A DNA stretch of 32,000 nt, from positions 1,050,001 to 1,082,000 of the forward strand of contig NC_013926.1 of assembly GCF_000025665.1 (NCBI RefSeq). The letters are read 5' to 3'. Origin of the DNA: Aciduliprofundum boonei T469 (lineage in GTDB: Archaea; Thermoplasmatota; Thermoplasmata; Thermoplasmatales; Aciduliprofundaceae). Both the position numbers and the translations under genes were made by a program. Under the pieces are notes generated by a model. The model did no database searches. It saw nothing but the letters and a program-made list of their open reading frames with translations, and was not told the origin of the DNA. This document shows, piece after piece, positions 1 to 6,900 of the stretch. Every line of letters starts with the position of its first letter. Within the stretch, counting starts at the first letter, position 1.

Positions 1-1391
1 AATTGCGATACTCCTGTTCTTCCCCCAACCCAGTTACCTGTACTCATGGCATGCATTATCTTCTGTGTCAAAACATCCTGTCTTATGGAAACTCTTATCC
101 TTATTCCTTTCTTGCGGTTGTAAGTTCTCTCCAGCTGATATTTCAAGTCCTTCATTAAGGCTTCAAAAGCCATTCTGAATAATTCCTCAAGCAAATCCCC
201 AGATAGCTTCAATCTCTTATTTGCAAGATGGTCTTTATCGTCCTCCTTTCTCAATCCTAAATGCAGTTCTAAAACTCTTCTTGCCATTCTTCCCAAATAG
301 TAAGCTTTCTTTATCCTATCCTCCTTGCTCGTGCCCAGATGTGGAAGCAAGGAAGAATCCAAAATCTGAGATATTTTCTTTTCTCTGTACTCTTTAGCTT
401 GGCCTGCTGCAAATCTCTTCTCTAAATATTCTATGGCATCTCTCTGAGTTCTTATTCCATTTGGAGGATAGAGTTTATCATTTTCAACCTCTTCAATATT
501 TGCAAGAGCGATAACGCTCATCTTCTCATCGCTTACAATCGCTCTGTAGATATCTTGATCCTTCTCCAGTCCAAGAGCCTTCATCAAAATTACCAGAGGT
601 ATTGTTCCAGCCACCGCAGGAACTGAAACTACAATAATACCATCGCTCTTCTTTTCCATAATTGTTAGGGCCCTATAACCCCTACGCTGTGAGAATACTT
701 TGGCCGTCTCCACAACAGTGTTATATCTCTCGTTTTTCTCTACTAACACCCTATTTGGAGCAAGGTCCTCTAGAGATACGAGAACCCTCTCACTTCCACC
801 AATTATAAAATAACCACCCGGGTCATCGGGGTCCTCGCCCACATATTCCAATTTCTGCTTGTAGGGCCAGTTGAGTATATCCTTATCTTTTGAGATGCTA
901 TCGAGATAATCGTCAATGTTATCCTCGTGGAGGGTGCAAATCTTGGATTTTACCATCACAGGAAAATCTCCTATCTTAACCATTTCTGGCTCTCTTTCAT
1001 AGCATCCTGCATCATCACATTCTAAAACTTTTATCTTTAGATACAATGGAGCTAAGTAACTTAAATCCCTTAACCTTGCTTCCATAGGCGTTATCTGAAC
1101 AGTTGCTCCCGTTGCTTCTTTAATCTCAGGCCTTCCTATCCTTATGGTGGGCTCATTAACATCCCAGTAGTCATTGTTTCTTCCAAAAACTATTTTTATT
1201 GTCTTTCCACCGGTTTTTGTTCTATCTAATGTTATAACTCCCGGAGGGTCCTCATCTGTAACCTTTGTAGTATCAACAATCTCTTGCATCACACTATTTG
1301 GATTATCTGGTGTGGGTATCAAATCGTTGTATGACGCAATATGGTGATTCACTACACTTTTCTTAAACAAAATATCCACTATGGTATTCAT
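1..1391 (-). CDS. rpoB: DNA-directed RNA polymerase subunit B (Rpo2), N-terminal ~463 codons; ORF runs off the window start
   Basis: Own translation of the minus strand from ATG at 1391: MNTIVDILFKKSVVNHHIASYNDLI...ECDDAGCYEREPEMVKIGDFPVMVKS... The frame stays open to base 1, which explains its absence from the ORF track. It lies directly downstream of rpoH, the classical archaeal order. Confidence 0.9.
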   Translation of the reverse strand, partial: MNTIVDILFKKSVVNHHIASYNDLIPTPDNPNSVMQEIVDTTKVTDEDPPGVITLDRTKTGGKTIKIVFGRNNDYWDVNEPTIRIGRPEIKEATGATVQITPMEARLRDLSYLAPLYLKIKVLECDDAGCYEREPEMVKIGDFPVMVKSKICTLHEDNIDDYLDSISKDKDILNWPYKQKLEYVGEDPDDPGGYFIIGGSERVLVSLEDLAPNRVLVEKNERYNTVVETAKVFSQRRGYRALTIMEKKSDGIIVVSVPAVAGTIPLVILMKALGLEKDQDIYRAIVSDEKMSVIALANIEEVENDKLYPPNGIRTQRDAIEYLEKRFAAGQAKEYREKKISQILDSSLLPHLGTSKEDRIKKAYYLGRMARRVLELHLGLRKEDDKDHLANKRLKLSGDLLEELFRMAFEALMKDLKYQLERTYNRKKGIRIRVSIRQDVLTQKIMHAMSTGNWVGGRTGVSQ

Positions 1392-1400
1392 AAAACCACC

Positions 1401-1655
1401 TTAATCTCTTACCACAACCCTATAAACAGTTATTCTTCCAGCGGTGGGGCTTTTCCTAACTATTTTTATTAAGCTTCCAACTGGTATATGCCCATATTTT
1501 CTCTCTAAAACCCTTAAAACAGCATCGCTCTTTTTAATTCTTGGAAGGTTTTCTTTCTTAACTCCAATTTCTTTCAAAATTTTCTCTTCCTCTTCTTGGG
1601 GTACCAAGTAATGCTCCGGAACAAGCTCGTGCTCGAGCACATTAAATCTCACCAT
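1401..1655 (-). CDS. rpoH: DNA-directed RNA polymerase subunit H (Rpo5)
   Basis: 84 aa, MVRFNVLEHELVPEHYLV...GRITVYRVVV matches the archaeal RpoH/Rpb5 C-terminal domain pattern. GAGGTGAT SD lies 5-6 nt upstream. It is 9 nt upstream of rpoB. Confidence 0.9.
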   Translation of the reverse strand: MVRFNVLEHELVPEHYLVPQEEEEKILKEIGVKKENLPRIKKSDAVLRVLERKYGHIPVGSLIKIVRKSPTAGRITVYRVVVRD

Positions 1656-1678
1656 TTTCTCATCACCTCATGAGGTAC

Positions 1679-1752
1679 GGGCCTGCGGGGAATCGAACCC
1701 CGGACCACCTGGTTAAAAGCCAGGTGCTCTACCAAGCTGAGCTACAGGCCCA
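1679..1752 (-). tRNA. tRNA-Lys (anticodon UUU)
   Basis: Hand-folded cloverleaf on the minus strand: acceptor GGGCCTG/CAGGCCC, D arm GCTC-AGCTTGGTA-GAGC, anticodon arm CCTGG-CTTTTAA-CCAGG, T arm CGGGG-TTCGATT-CCCCG, discriminator G. No encoded CCA. Confidence 0.9.
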
Positions 1753-1780
1753 TAGAGTCAGCCCTACATATGGGGCATGT

Positions 1781-1788
1781 ATTTAAAC
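1781..1788 (-). promoter_or_regulatory. TATA box (TTTAAATA on minus strand) for tRNA-Lys
   Basis: The AT-rich octamer ends 29 nt upstream of the tRNA 5' end. It matches the TTTAAAT-type element seen upstream of other genes in this window. Confidence 0.5.
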
Positions 1789-1883
1789 TTTATTACCATT
1801 TCATAGCCCAACCATCATACATAATGATTTGATTTTAATTAAATTTTTCCCATAATTAGAAATCTTCAATTTTATACACAACA

Positions 1884-2549
1884 TTAAAATAGTTTTTGGT
1901 CAAAGGCAATTGAGGTTATATCAATATGGCCTCGCATACCATCCCAAAACACACTATAATTTTCCACAGATAAACTATTTTTGAATATGGGAGCATCTAT
2001 TACAAATGTCTCATACTCTCCCCCCTCGCCACTTACATTAATTTTGTATTTTTTCTCCAATTCCATAAGTTTTGCAAGAATATTCTCATCTATTATCTTT
2101 CCGAGAAAGGATTCATCTAAGCCATAGGCTGCCACGGCAACAATCATAATCTTGAAATCTGCAAGAAGCATATCTTGCAATAGCATTTCTTGGCTTTTTC
2201 CCCAAAGAGGCGCGTAAGAGAGAAATCCCAACTCTGTGCACACTTCTTCTATCTTCGTTTTTTGATAATTGGATGCAATTGCCCCACTTATAACAGCATC
2301 CACATCATAATTTGAAAGCACATCTTTCAACTCAGCTTCATTATCACCGATTTTATAGATATCTTGCTCAATATCCATTGCCCTAGCCTGATACTTTGTT
2401 CTCTCTATGGCAGGAATGTGGTACATGTAGGAATCCTTCTCCTTTGGATATATTGTGACAAGTTTCTCGATTTCAAATCCCTGCTGCATTGCAAGGTAAA
2501 TGGAGTATGTAGAATCTTTACCTCCTGAGAAAAGTGCTATAGCTCTCAT
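1884..2549 (-). CDS. dph6: Diphthine-ammonia ligase-like PP-loop ATP pyrophosphatase (MJ0570/Dph6 N-terminal domain family)
   Basis: 221 aa with N-terminal PP-loop ALFSGGKDST and overall MJ0570-family pattern (EGGEYETFV near the C-terminus). The start overlaps the upstream gene stop (ATGA). Confidence 0.75.
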   Translation of the reverse strand: MRAIALFSGGKDSTYSIYLAMQQGFEIEKLVTIYPKEKDSYMYHIPAIERTKYQARAMDIEQDIYKIGDNEAELKDVLSNYDVDAVISGAIASNYQKTKIEEVCTELGFLSYAPLWGKSQEMLLQDMLLADFKIMIVAVAAYGLDESFLGKIIDENILAKLMELEKKYKINVSGEGGEYETFVIDAPIFKNSLSVENYSVFWDGMRGHIDITSIAFDQKLF

Positions 2550-2908
2550 TCAAACAGCCCCATCAGTTTTGGTATGAAAATAAGGGCACCTTCAACTATT
2601 GCAAAAATAGCTGCGATTAAAACAGCTCCAGCGGATATATCCTTTATTATCTTTATTCGTTCATCGTATTCTCCATTTGAGATTACATCCATTGATTTCT
2701 CTATAGCAGTGTTTATGAGTTCTAAAGAAAATACAAGGGCTGAAATGCCCATAATGATAGCAAAATCATTTAGAGAAATTTGAAGATAGAGTCCAAGAAT
2801 TATCACTATTAGAAATATTCCAAACTGAATCCGCAAGCTTCTCTCGCTCGTAAACGCAAAGCCAATGCCATCAAGAGCATGATGCACTGCTTCTCTTAAA
2901 GACCACAC
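2546..2908 (-). CDS. dgkA: Diacylglycerol/undecaprenol kinase family (DgkA-type) small integral membrane kinase
   Basis: 120 aa with 3 predicted TM helices. Carries the conserved LELINTAIEKSMD motif and N-terminal HH..DG.. pattern typical of prokaryotic DAGK (PF01219-like). Confidence 0.75.
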   Translation of the reverse strand: MWSLREAVHHALDGIGFAFTSERSLRIQFGIFLIVIILGLYLQISLNDFAIIMGISALVFSLELINTAIEKSMDVISNGEYDERIKIIKDISAGAVLIAAIFAIVEGALIFIPKLMGLFE

Positions 2909-2927
2909 ATTCTTATATCCCTATGCA

Positions 2928-3779
2928 TTACTTAAATTTTGTCAAATTGAGTGTGGCATAGAAAGATGTGGCAAGAACTATGGCACCACCAATTGCCGTG
3001 TGAATCGCTGGAACTTCATTTAAGAAAACGAACGCAAGTATTATACCGTAGAGGGGCTCTAAAGAGGCTATTATACTTGCCGTGCGAGCATTTACCCTAC
3101 TCAATGAAGAAATAAATAAAGTATGTGCTAGCCCAGTGAACACTATGCCTAAGAGCACAACATAAGCGATATCGCTGAATGAAGGTGAAACATCGAATAG
3201 GAATAATATTGGCAAGAGAAAAATAGCTGCAAAACTATCTTGGTAAAATGCAAGAGTTACGCTTGAATACTCCTGCACATATTTTCGATTAATTATAGTT
3301 AAGAAAGAGAATGTTAATCCCGAGAGAGTTCCCCATATAACCCCCTGTGTTACATTATTCTGGACATTTAAATTTGGAACTATGAACAATATGCCAATAA
3401 ATGTGATTATCGGCAAAACTACATTCATCTTTCTGATTTTCTCTTTAAAAATCCAGGGCTCCAACACCGCCGTAAAGATTGGAAATGTTGAATATGTAAT
3501 TAGGCCTATGGCAACAGTTGATAGTTGTATAGAATAGAAAAACAAGCTCCAGTGTACTGCAAGGAGTAAACCTAAAACAGGTAAGTATAAAAGATCTCTT
3601 TTAGGTACCTTGAACCCCTCTTTTCTATAAATCATCACCAAAAATAGAAAAATAGCTGCAAATACTACACGCCCAAGCACAATCATCATTGTGGGTAGGC
3701 TTATTATCTTCCCAAATAATCCTGCAAATCCGAAAAGAAATACCGCCCCATGAAGCTCAACAACTTCTTTTCTCACCAA
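2928..3779 (-). CDS. EamA/DMT-superfamily transporter
   Basis: 283 aa with about 10 hydrophobic helices in two similar halves, typical of EamA-domain duplication. TTG (3779) or GTG (3776) start. Confidence 0.7.
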   Translation of the reverse strand: MVRKEVVELHGAVFLFGFAGLFGKIISLPTMMIVLGRVVFAAIFLFLVMIYRKEGFKVPKRDLLYLPVLGLLLAVHWSLFFYSIQLSTVAIGLITYSTFPIFTAVLEPWIFKEKIRKMNVVLPIITFIGILFIVPNLNVQNNVTQGVIWGTLSGLTFSFLTIINRKYVQEYSSVTLAFYQDSFAAIFLLPILFLFDVSPSFSDIAYVVLLGIVFTGLAHTLFISSLSRVNARTASIIASLEPLYGIILAFVFLNEVPAIHTAIGGAIVLATSFYATLNLTKFK

Positions 3780-3825
3780 GTATATGTATGTGCAAGCCCG
3801 TATTTCATATTTCCCATCGAAAATG

Positions 3826-3833
3826 ATTTATAA
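3826..3833 (+). promoter_or_regulatory. TATA box (ATTTATAA) with upstream BRE-like CGAAAA for tRNA-Thr
   Basis: The element ends 25 nt upstream of the tRNA 5' end at 3858. Purine-rich CGAAAA at 3818-3823 precedes it. Confidence 0.5.
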
Positions 3834-3857
3834 GCAAATCCAATTTAACCTCGAAAA

Positions 3858-3987
3858 GCCACCGTAGCTTAGCCCGGCAGAGCGGCTGATTCGTAAGAGC
3901 CCCTTTCTTAAAAAGAAAGGTGCTTCACCCCCAAAGAAGGGGCTCCGAGTTATCAGCAGGTCGGGGGTTCGAATCCCCCCGGTGGCT
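3858..3987 (+). tRNA. tRNA-Thr (anticodon CGU) interrupted by a 56-nt intron at the canonical 37/38 position
   Basis: Acceptor GCCACCG/CGGTGGC, D arm GCTT-AGCCCGGCA-GAGC, anticodon stem GCTGA(3885-3889)/TCAGC(3953-3957), loop TTCGTA..A, T arm GGGGG-TTCGAAT-CCCCC, discriminator T. The mature length would be 74 nt. Confidence 0.88.
3896..3951 (+). other. tRNA intron with helix-bulge-helix-bulge-helix (hBHBh') splicing motif
   Basis: A 4-bp central helix TTCG(3890-3893)/CGAG is flanked by 3-nt bulges TAA (5' side) and TTA (3' side). The outer helix is GAGCCCC/GGGGCTC. There is an internal 8-bp hairpin CCTTTCTT-AAA-AAGAAAGG. Confidence 0.8.
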
Positions 3988-3988
3988 C

Positions 3989-3993
3989 TTTTT
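3989..3993 (+). terminator. Oligo-T tract immediately after tRNA-Thr
   Basis: A T5 run starts 2 nt after the discriminator base. Archaeal RNAP terminates at oligo-T. Confidence 0.4.
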
Positions 3994-4045
3994 CAGGAAA
4001 TTATTTATACTAAATCATCTCTACTAAACTTCAAGAGGGGATCAA

Positions 4046-4267
4046 ATGAATGGAAGTAAAAAGTATATTGGAGGAAGTGTGATTTTGGGCATTGGCAATG
4101 CTCTGGCGATTATAGGGATCATATTGGGTATAGGCTTGCTCGTGAAGTACGATATTTATATGCTCATCGCTGCAATAGTTCTAATAATTTCAGGCACAGT
4201 TATATCTCTTATAGGAATATCTATTAGGGGCCCGAAATATGTGAAGGACGGATATATAAGCCACTAA
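4046..4267 (+). CDS. Small hypothetical membrane protein (two predicted TM helices)
   Basis: 73 aa with two Gly/Ile/Leu-rich hydrophobic stretches. GAGGGG SD-like sequence lies about 8 nt upstream of the ATG. No recognisable family. Confidence 0.5.
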   Translation: MNGSKKYIGGSVILGIGNALAIIGIILGIGLLVKYDIYMLIAAIVLIISGTVISLIGISIRGPKYVKDGYISH

Positions 4268-4271
4268 AAAT

Positions 4272-4565
4272 TCAAAGCTTATCTATTTCATCTCTTAATA
4301 TTCTTCCCTCTTCGATTCCGATCTCCTTTGCTTTAGGGGAAGACCATTTTATCTTTGCATTGAGCATATCTTCAAAAGTATTCACTCCAGATACCATAAC
4401 TGCAACATCTCCTAATTTTTCAGCAGTAGATGGATTAAGGTATCCACACATGGCAAATCCTATGGTGCCTTTTATAAGCAATAATGGTGCATTGGGCATT
4501 TCAACTCTTAATCCTAAGAACTCCTTTCCTTGAACTTTCAATCTTGTTATTTCAACTTCGCTCAT
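4272..4565 (-). CDS. DUF1805 / YunC-like protein (function unknown)
   Basis: MSEVEITRLKVQGKEFLGLRVEMPNAPLLLIKGTIGFAMCGYLN... resembles the YunC-like family pattern (LP.a.LL.i....g..mCG.l). I prefer ATG at 4565 over the TTG-extended ORF (4613), which would overlap the upstream gene. Confidence 0.6.
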   Translation of the reverse strand: MSEVEITRLKVQGKEFLGLRVEMPNAPLLLIKGTIGFAMCGYLNPSTAEKLGDVAVMVSGVNTFEDMLNAKIKWSSPKAKEIGIEEGRILRDEIDKL

Positions 4566-4566
4566 A

Positions 4567-5013
4567 TTATGGATAGGAGAGGAATAGGAGATAAAACTTT
4601 CCCCTACGCTCAAAATACAATTTGCATTCTGGCTCTGTTAGATTTACAGGGATATTCAAGATTTCTGCAATTTTTCCACCTATTTCTCTTTCAACGCTTT
4701 TTTTGTTTGAGCGAACTGCAAAGCTCTTGCACTCCTTCAATTTAGAAATCATACTTTTTATTAGAGAGACCTCATCTTTAAAAATCTCAATCTCATAAAG
4801 GGCAAGCACACCTTTTATGCCTTCAAGCAAAGATTTTGGAGTGGTAGAATCTGTGAAAAGTATGAGCCTTCCATCTATAATCTCTACTACGCAGTCGGTA
4901 TTCGTTTCAACGCATCTTTTCATGACCTCCTCTTTAAAGTAGTTAAAATAGAGTTGTGAGTTTTTAGGAATTTTTGCCTTTATAGCGTACGCTTTCACAT
5001 TCCTAAATAGCAA
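4567..5013 (-). CDS. Stand-alone THUMP-domain RNA-binding protein (no fused catalytic domain)
   Basis: 148 aa. The C-terminal KSFAVRSNKKSVEREIGGKIAEILNIPVNLTEPECKLYFERRGKFYLLF parallels the THUMP segment of the ThiI in this window (ESFRVYTKRV...VDLEKPELVIGIEIIDGKFYVYLE). TTG (5013) or GTG (4998) start. Confidence 0.6.
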   Translation of the reverse strand: MLFRNVKAYAIKAKIPKNSQLYFNYFKEEVMKRCVETNTDCVVEIIDGRLILFTDSTTPKSLLEGIKGVLALYEIEIFKDEVSLIKSMISKLKECKSFAVRSNKKSVEREIGGKIAEILNIPVNLTEPECKLYFERRGKFYLLFLSYP

Positions 5014-5069
5014 TCATATAATTTATTTTTATGCGCAAAGTATTTTAATTTCTCCGATTATATGCCCGT

Positions 5070-5579
5070 ATGGATGAAATTATGAAAATCGTGGAAGCGG
5101 TGCTATTCTCCTCAGAAAAACCTCTCAGGGTTGGAGAGATTGCAAAGGTTGGAAATTTGAAGAGTGAGGATGTGAGTAAGGCAATGCGTAAATTGAGAAA
5201 AGAGTATCAGGAAAGAGATGGGGCGATAGAGATTGCAAGAATAGGGAATAAGTATGTTATGCAGTTGAAGGAAGAGTATGTTAAGTATGGATACGCAATG
5301 GGCAAGAAGGAGCTGAGAGATGATGTACTAAAAACCCTTGCAATCATCGCTTACTATCAACCCATAACACAAAGCAAGCTAAGAGCAATAATAGGCACGA
5401 AAGTTTACGAGCATATTGATGAGTTAAAGAAAAGAGGATTTGTTTATGGTAAAAAGGCAGGAAGAACAATTGTACTAAGAACAACCAAGAAATTCAATGA
5501 ATATTTTGGTATAGATGCTTCCAAGCCTGAAGATATAAAGAAATTCTTTGAAAAGGCAGGAGGTGATAAAAATGAATAA
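5070..5579 (+). CDS. scpB: Segregation and condensation protein B (ScpB)
   Basis: 169 aa. N-terminal IVEAVLFSSEKPLRVGEIAKV and a second winged-helix segment LKTLAIIAYYQPITQSKLRAIIG are the ScpB signature. Confidence 0.85.
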   Translation: MDEIMKIVEAVLFSSEKPLRVGEIAKVGNLKSEDVSKAMRKLRKEYQERDGAIEIARIGNKYVMQLKEEYVKYGYAMGKKELRDDVLKTLAIIAYYQPITQSKLRAIIGTKVYEHIDELKKRGFVYGKKAGRTIVLRTTKKFNEYFGIDASKPEDIKKFFEKAGGDKNE

Positions 5580-6900
5580 GGTCCTGTTAATGGGTTCTGG
5601 AGGAAGGGAGCATGCGATAGCGAAAGCATTGAAGGATGGAGGGGCAAAAATTTATGCAGTTATGAAACACAAAAATCCAGGAATAGCGAGGTTATCTGAA
5701 GATTACATTATTGGTGATGATAGCAGCGTTTCTTTTGTTAAAAATTTAGATTGGGTAAAATTCAAAAAAGTTGATTTTGCAGTTATAGGCCCTGAAGCCC
5801 CACTGATAAATGGAATGGCGGACATGCTCGAGGAGAAGGGCATACCTGTAGTTGGTCCAAGGAAGGATGCGGCAATAATTGAAGGGTCTAAAGAATTCAT
5901 GCGAGATCTGATGAAAAAGCACAATATTGATGGTATGGTTGATTATTATGTATTCAACGATCCACAGAAAGTGGAAGAATTCTTGAAAAATTATGATAAG
6001 CCCTTTGTCATCAAGCCCGTGGGGGTAACTGGAGGTAAAGGCGTATGGGTAATGGGAGATCATTTCAAGACAAAGGAAGATGGAATAAGGTATGCAAAGG
6101 AGATCATAGAGAAAAAAATTGGAGGGGTAGATAGGGTAATAATCGAAGAGAAGCTTGTGGGCGAGGAATTTACACTCCAAATATTCACTGACGGAATAAA
6201 CTTGGCAGGTATGCCACTCGTGCAGGATTTCAAGAGAGCTTATGAAGGGGATTTAGGACCAAATACTGGGGGAATGGGCTCGTATAGTATGGAGAACCAT
6301 CTGCTTCCATTCTTGACAAAGGAAGATTACACAAAAGCGATGAAAATAATGGAAGATATTATAGCAGCGATGCGTAGAGAAGGAAGAATATACAAGGGTA
6401 TAATCTACGGCCAATTTATGCTCACAGCCGAAGGACCAAAGATAATCGAAGTGAACTGCAGGTTTGGAGATCCAGAGGCGATGAATGTTCTCTCTATCTT
6501 AAAGACAAATTTCGTGGATATCGCGTGGAGTATAATCGAGGGAAAATTGAAGCCTGTAGAGTTTGAAAACAAGGCTACGGTGGTAAAATATGTTGTTCCC
6601 GAAGGATACGGTACAAAGCCATTAGCAAACCAAGAGATAAAGGTAAATGAGGAAAGGATAAAGAGAGAGGGTGCGCTGCTATACTATGCATCCGTGAACG
6701 AGAGTAATGGAAAAATATACACCACAACCTCACGCTCTCTGGCCGTAGTGGGAATAGCAGAGAATCTTTACGAGGCAGAGGAGATAGCGGAAAAAGCATT
6801 AAGACATATAGTTGGAAGAGTGTATTCAAGGCACGATATAGCAAAGAAAGAGATGATAGATGCAAAAATTGCAAAGATGAAAGAATTGCGTGGTATCTAA
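5572..6900 (+). CDS. purD: Phosphoribosylamine-glycine ligase (GAR synthetase)
   Basis: MNKVLLMGSGGREHAIAKAL... is a PurD N-terminus, followed by an ATP-grasp core (EEKLVGEEFTLQIFTDG, EVNCRFGDPE). I prefer ATG 5572 with the GGAGGTGA SD at 5559-5566 over the ORF-track start at 5548. It overlaps the scpB end by 8 nt. Confidence 0.92.
   Translation: MNKVLLMGSGGREHAIAKALKDGGAKIYAVMKHKNPGIARLSEDYIIGDDSSVSFVKNLDWVKFKKVDFAVIGPEAPLINGMADMLEEKGIPVVGPRKDAAIIEGSKEFMRDLMKKHNIDGMVDYYVFNDPQKVEEFLKNYDKPFVIKPVGVTGGKGVWVMGDHFKTKEDGIRYAKEIIEKKIGGVDRVIIEEKLVGEEFTLQIFTDGINLAGMPLVQDFKRAYEGDLGPNTGGMGSYSMENHLLPFLTKEDYTKAMKIMEDIIAAMRREGRIYKGIIYGQFMLTAEGPKIIEVNCRFGDPEAMNVLSILKTNFVDIAWSIIEGKLKPVEFENKATVVKYVVPEGYGTKPLANQEIKVNEERIKREGALLYYASVNESNGKIYTTTSRSLAVVGIAENLYEAEEIAEKALRHIVGRVYSRHDIAKKEMIDAKIAKMKELRGI

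Noticed and set aside
1661-1670. C-box-like GGTGATGAG on the minus strand between tRNA-Lys and rpoH; other TGATGA occurrences (e.g. 5713-5720, 9491-9497, 19191-19200, 25666-25672)
   Set aside because: I found no appropriately spaced CTGA D box with terminal complementarity for any of them. The 1661-1670 motif is best explained as the rpoH Shine-Dalgarno, and the others are Asp/Met codons inside CDSs. A dedicated snoRNA search would be needed to exclude C/D sRNAs.
4566-4613. TTG-initiated extension of the DUF1805-like ORF
   Set aside because: It overlaps the THUMP gene 3' end, and the family-like sequence starts at the ATG at 4565. The extension is pyrimidine-rich sequence of the other gene's frame.
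5746-6180. 144-aa minus-strand ORF antisense to purD (and 5703-5924)
   Set aside because: This is a shadow ORF. The purine-rich sense codons (GAA/AAG/GAG) give stop-poor antisense frames, and the product has an implausible composition.
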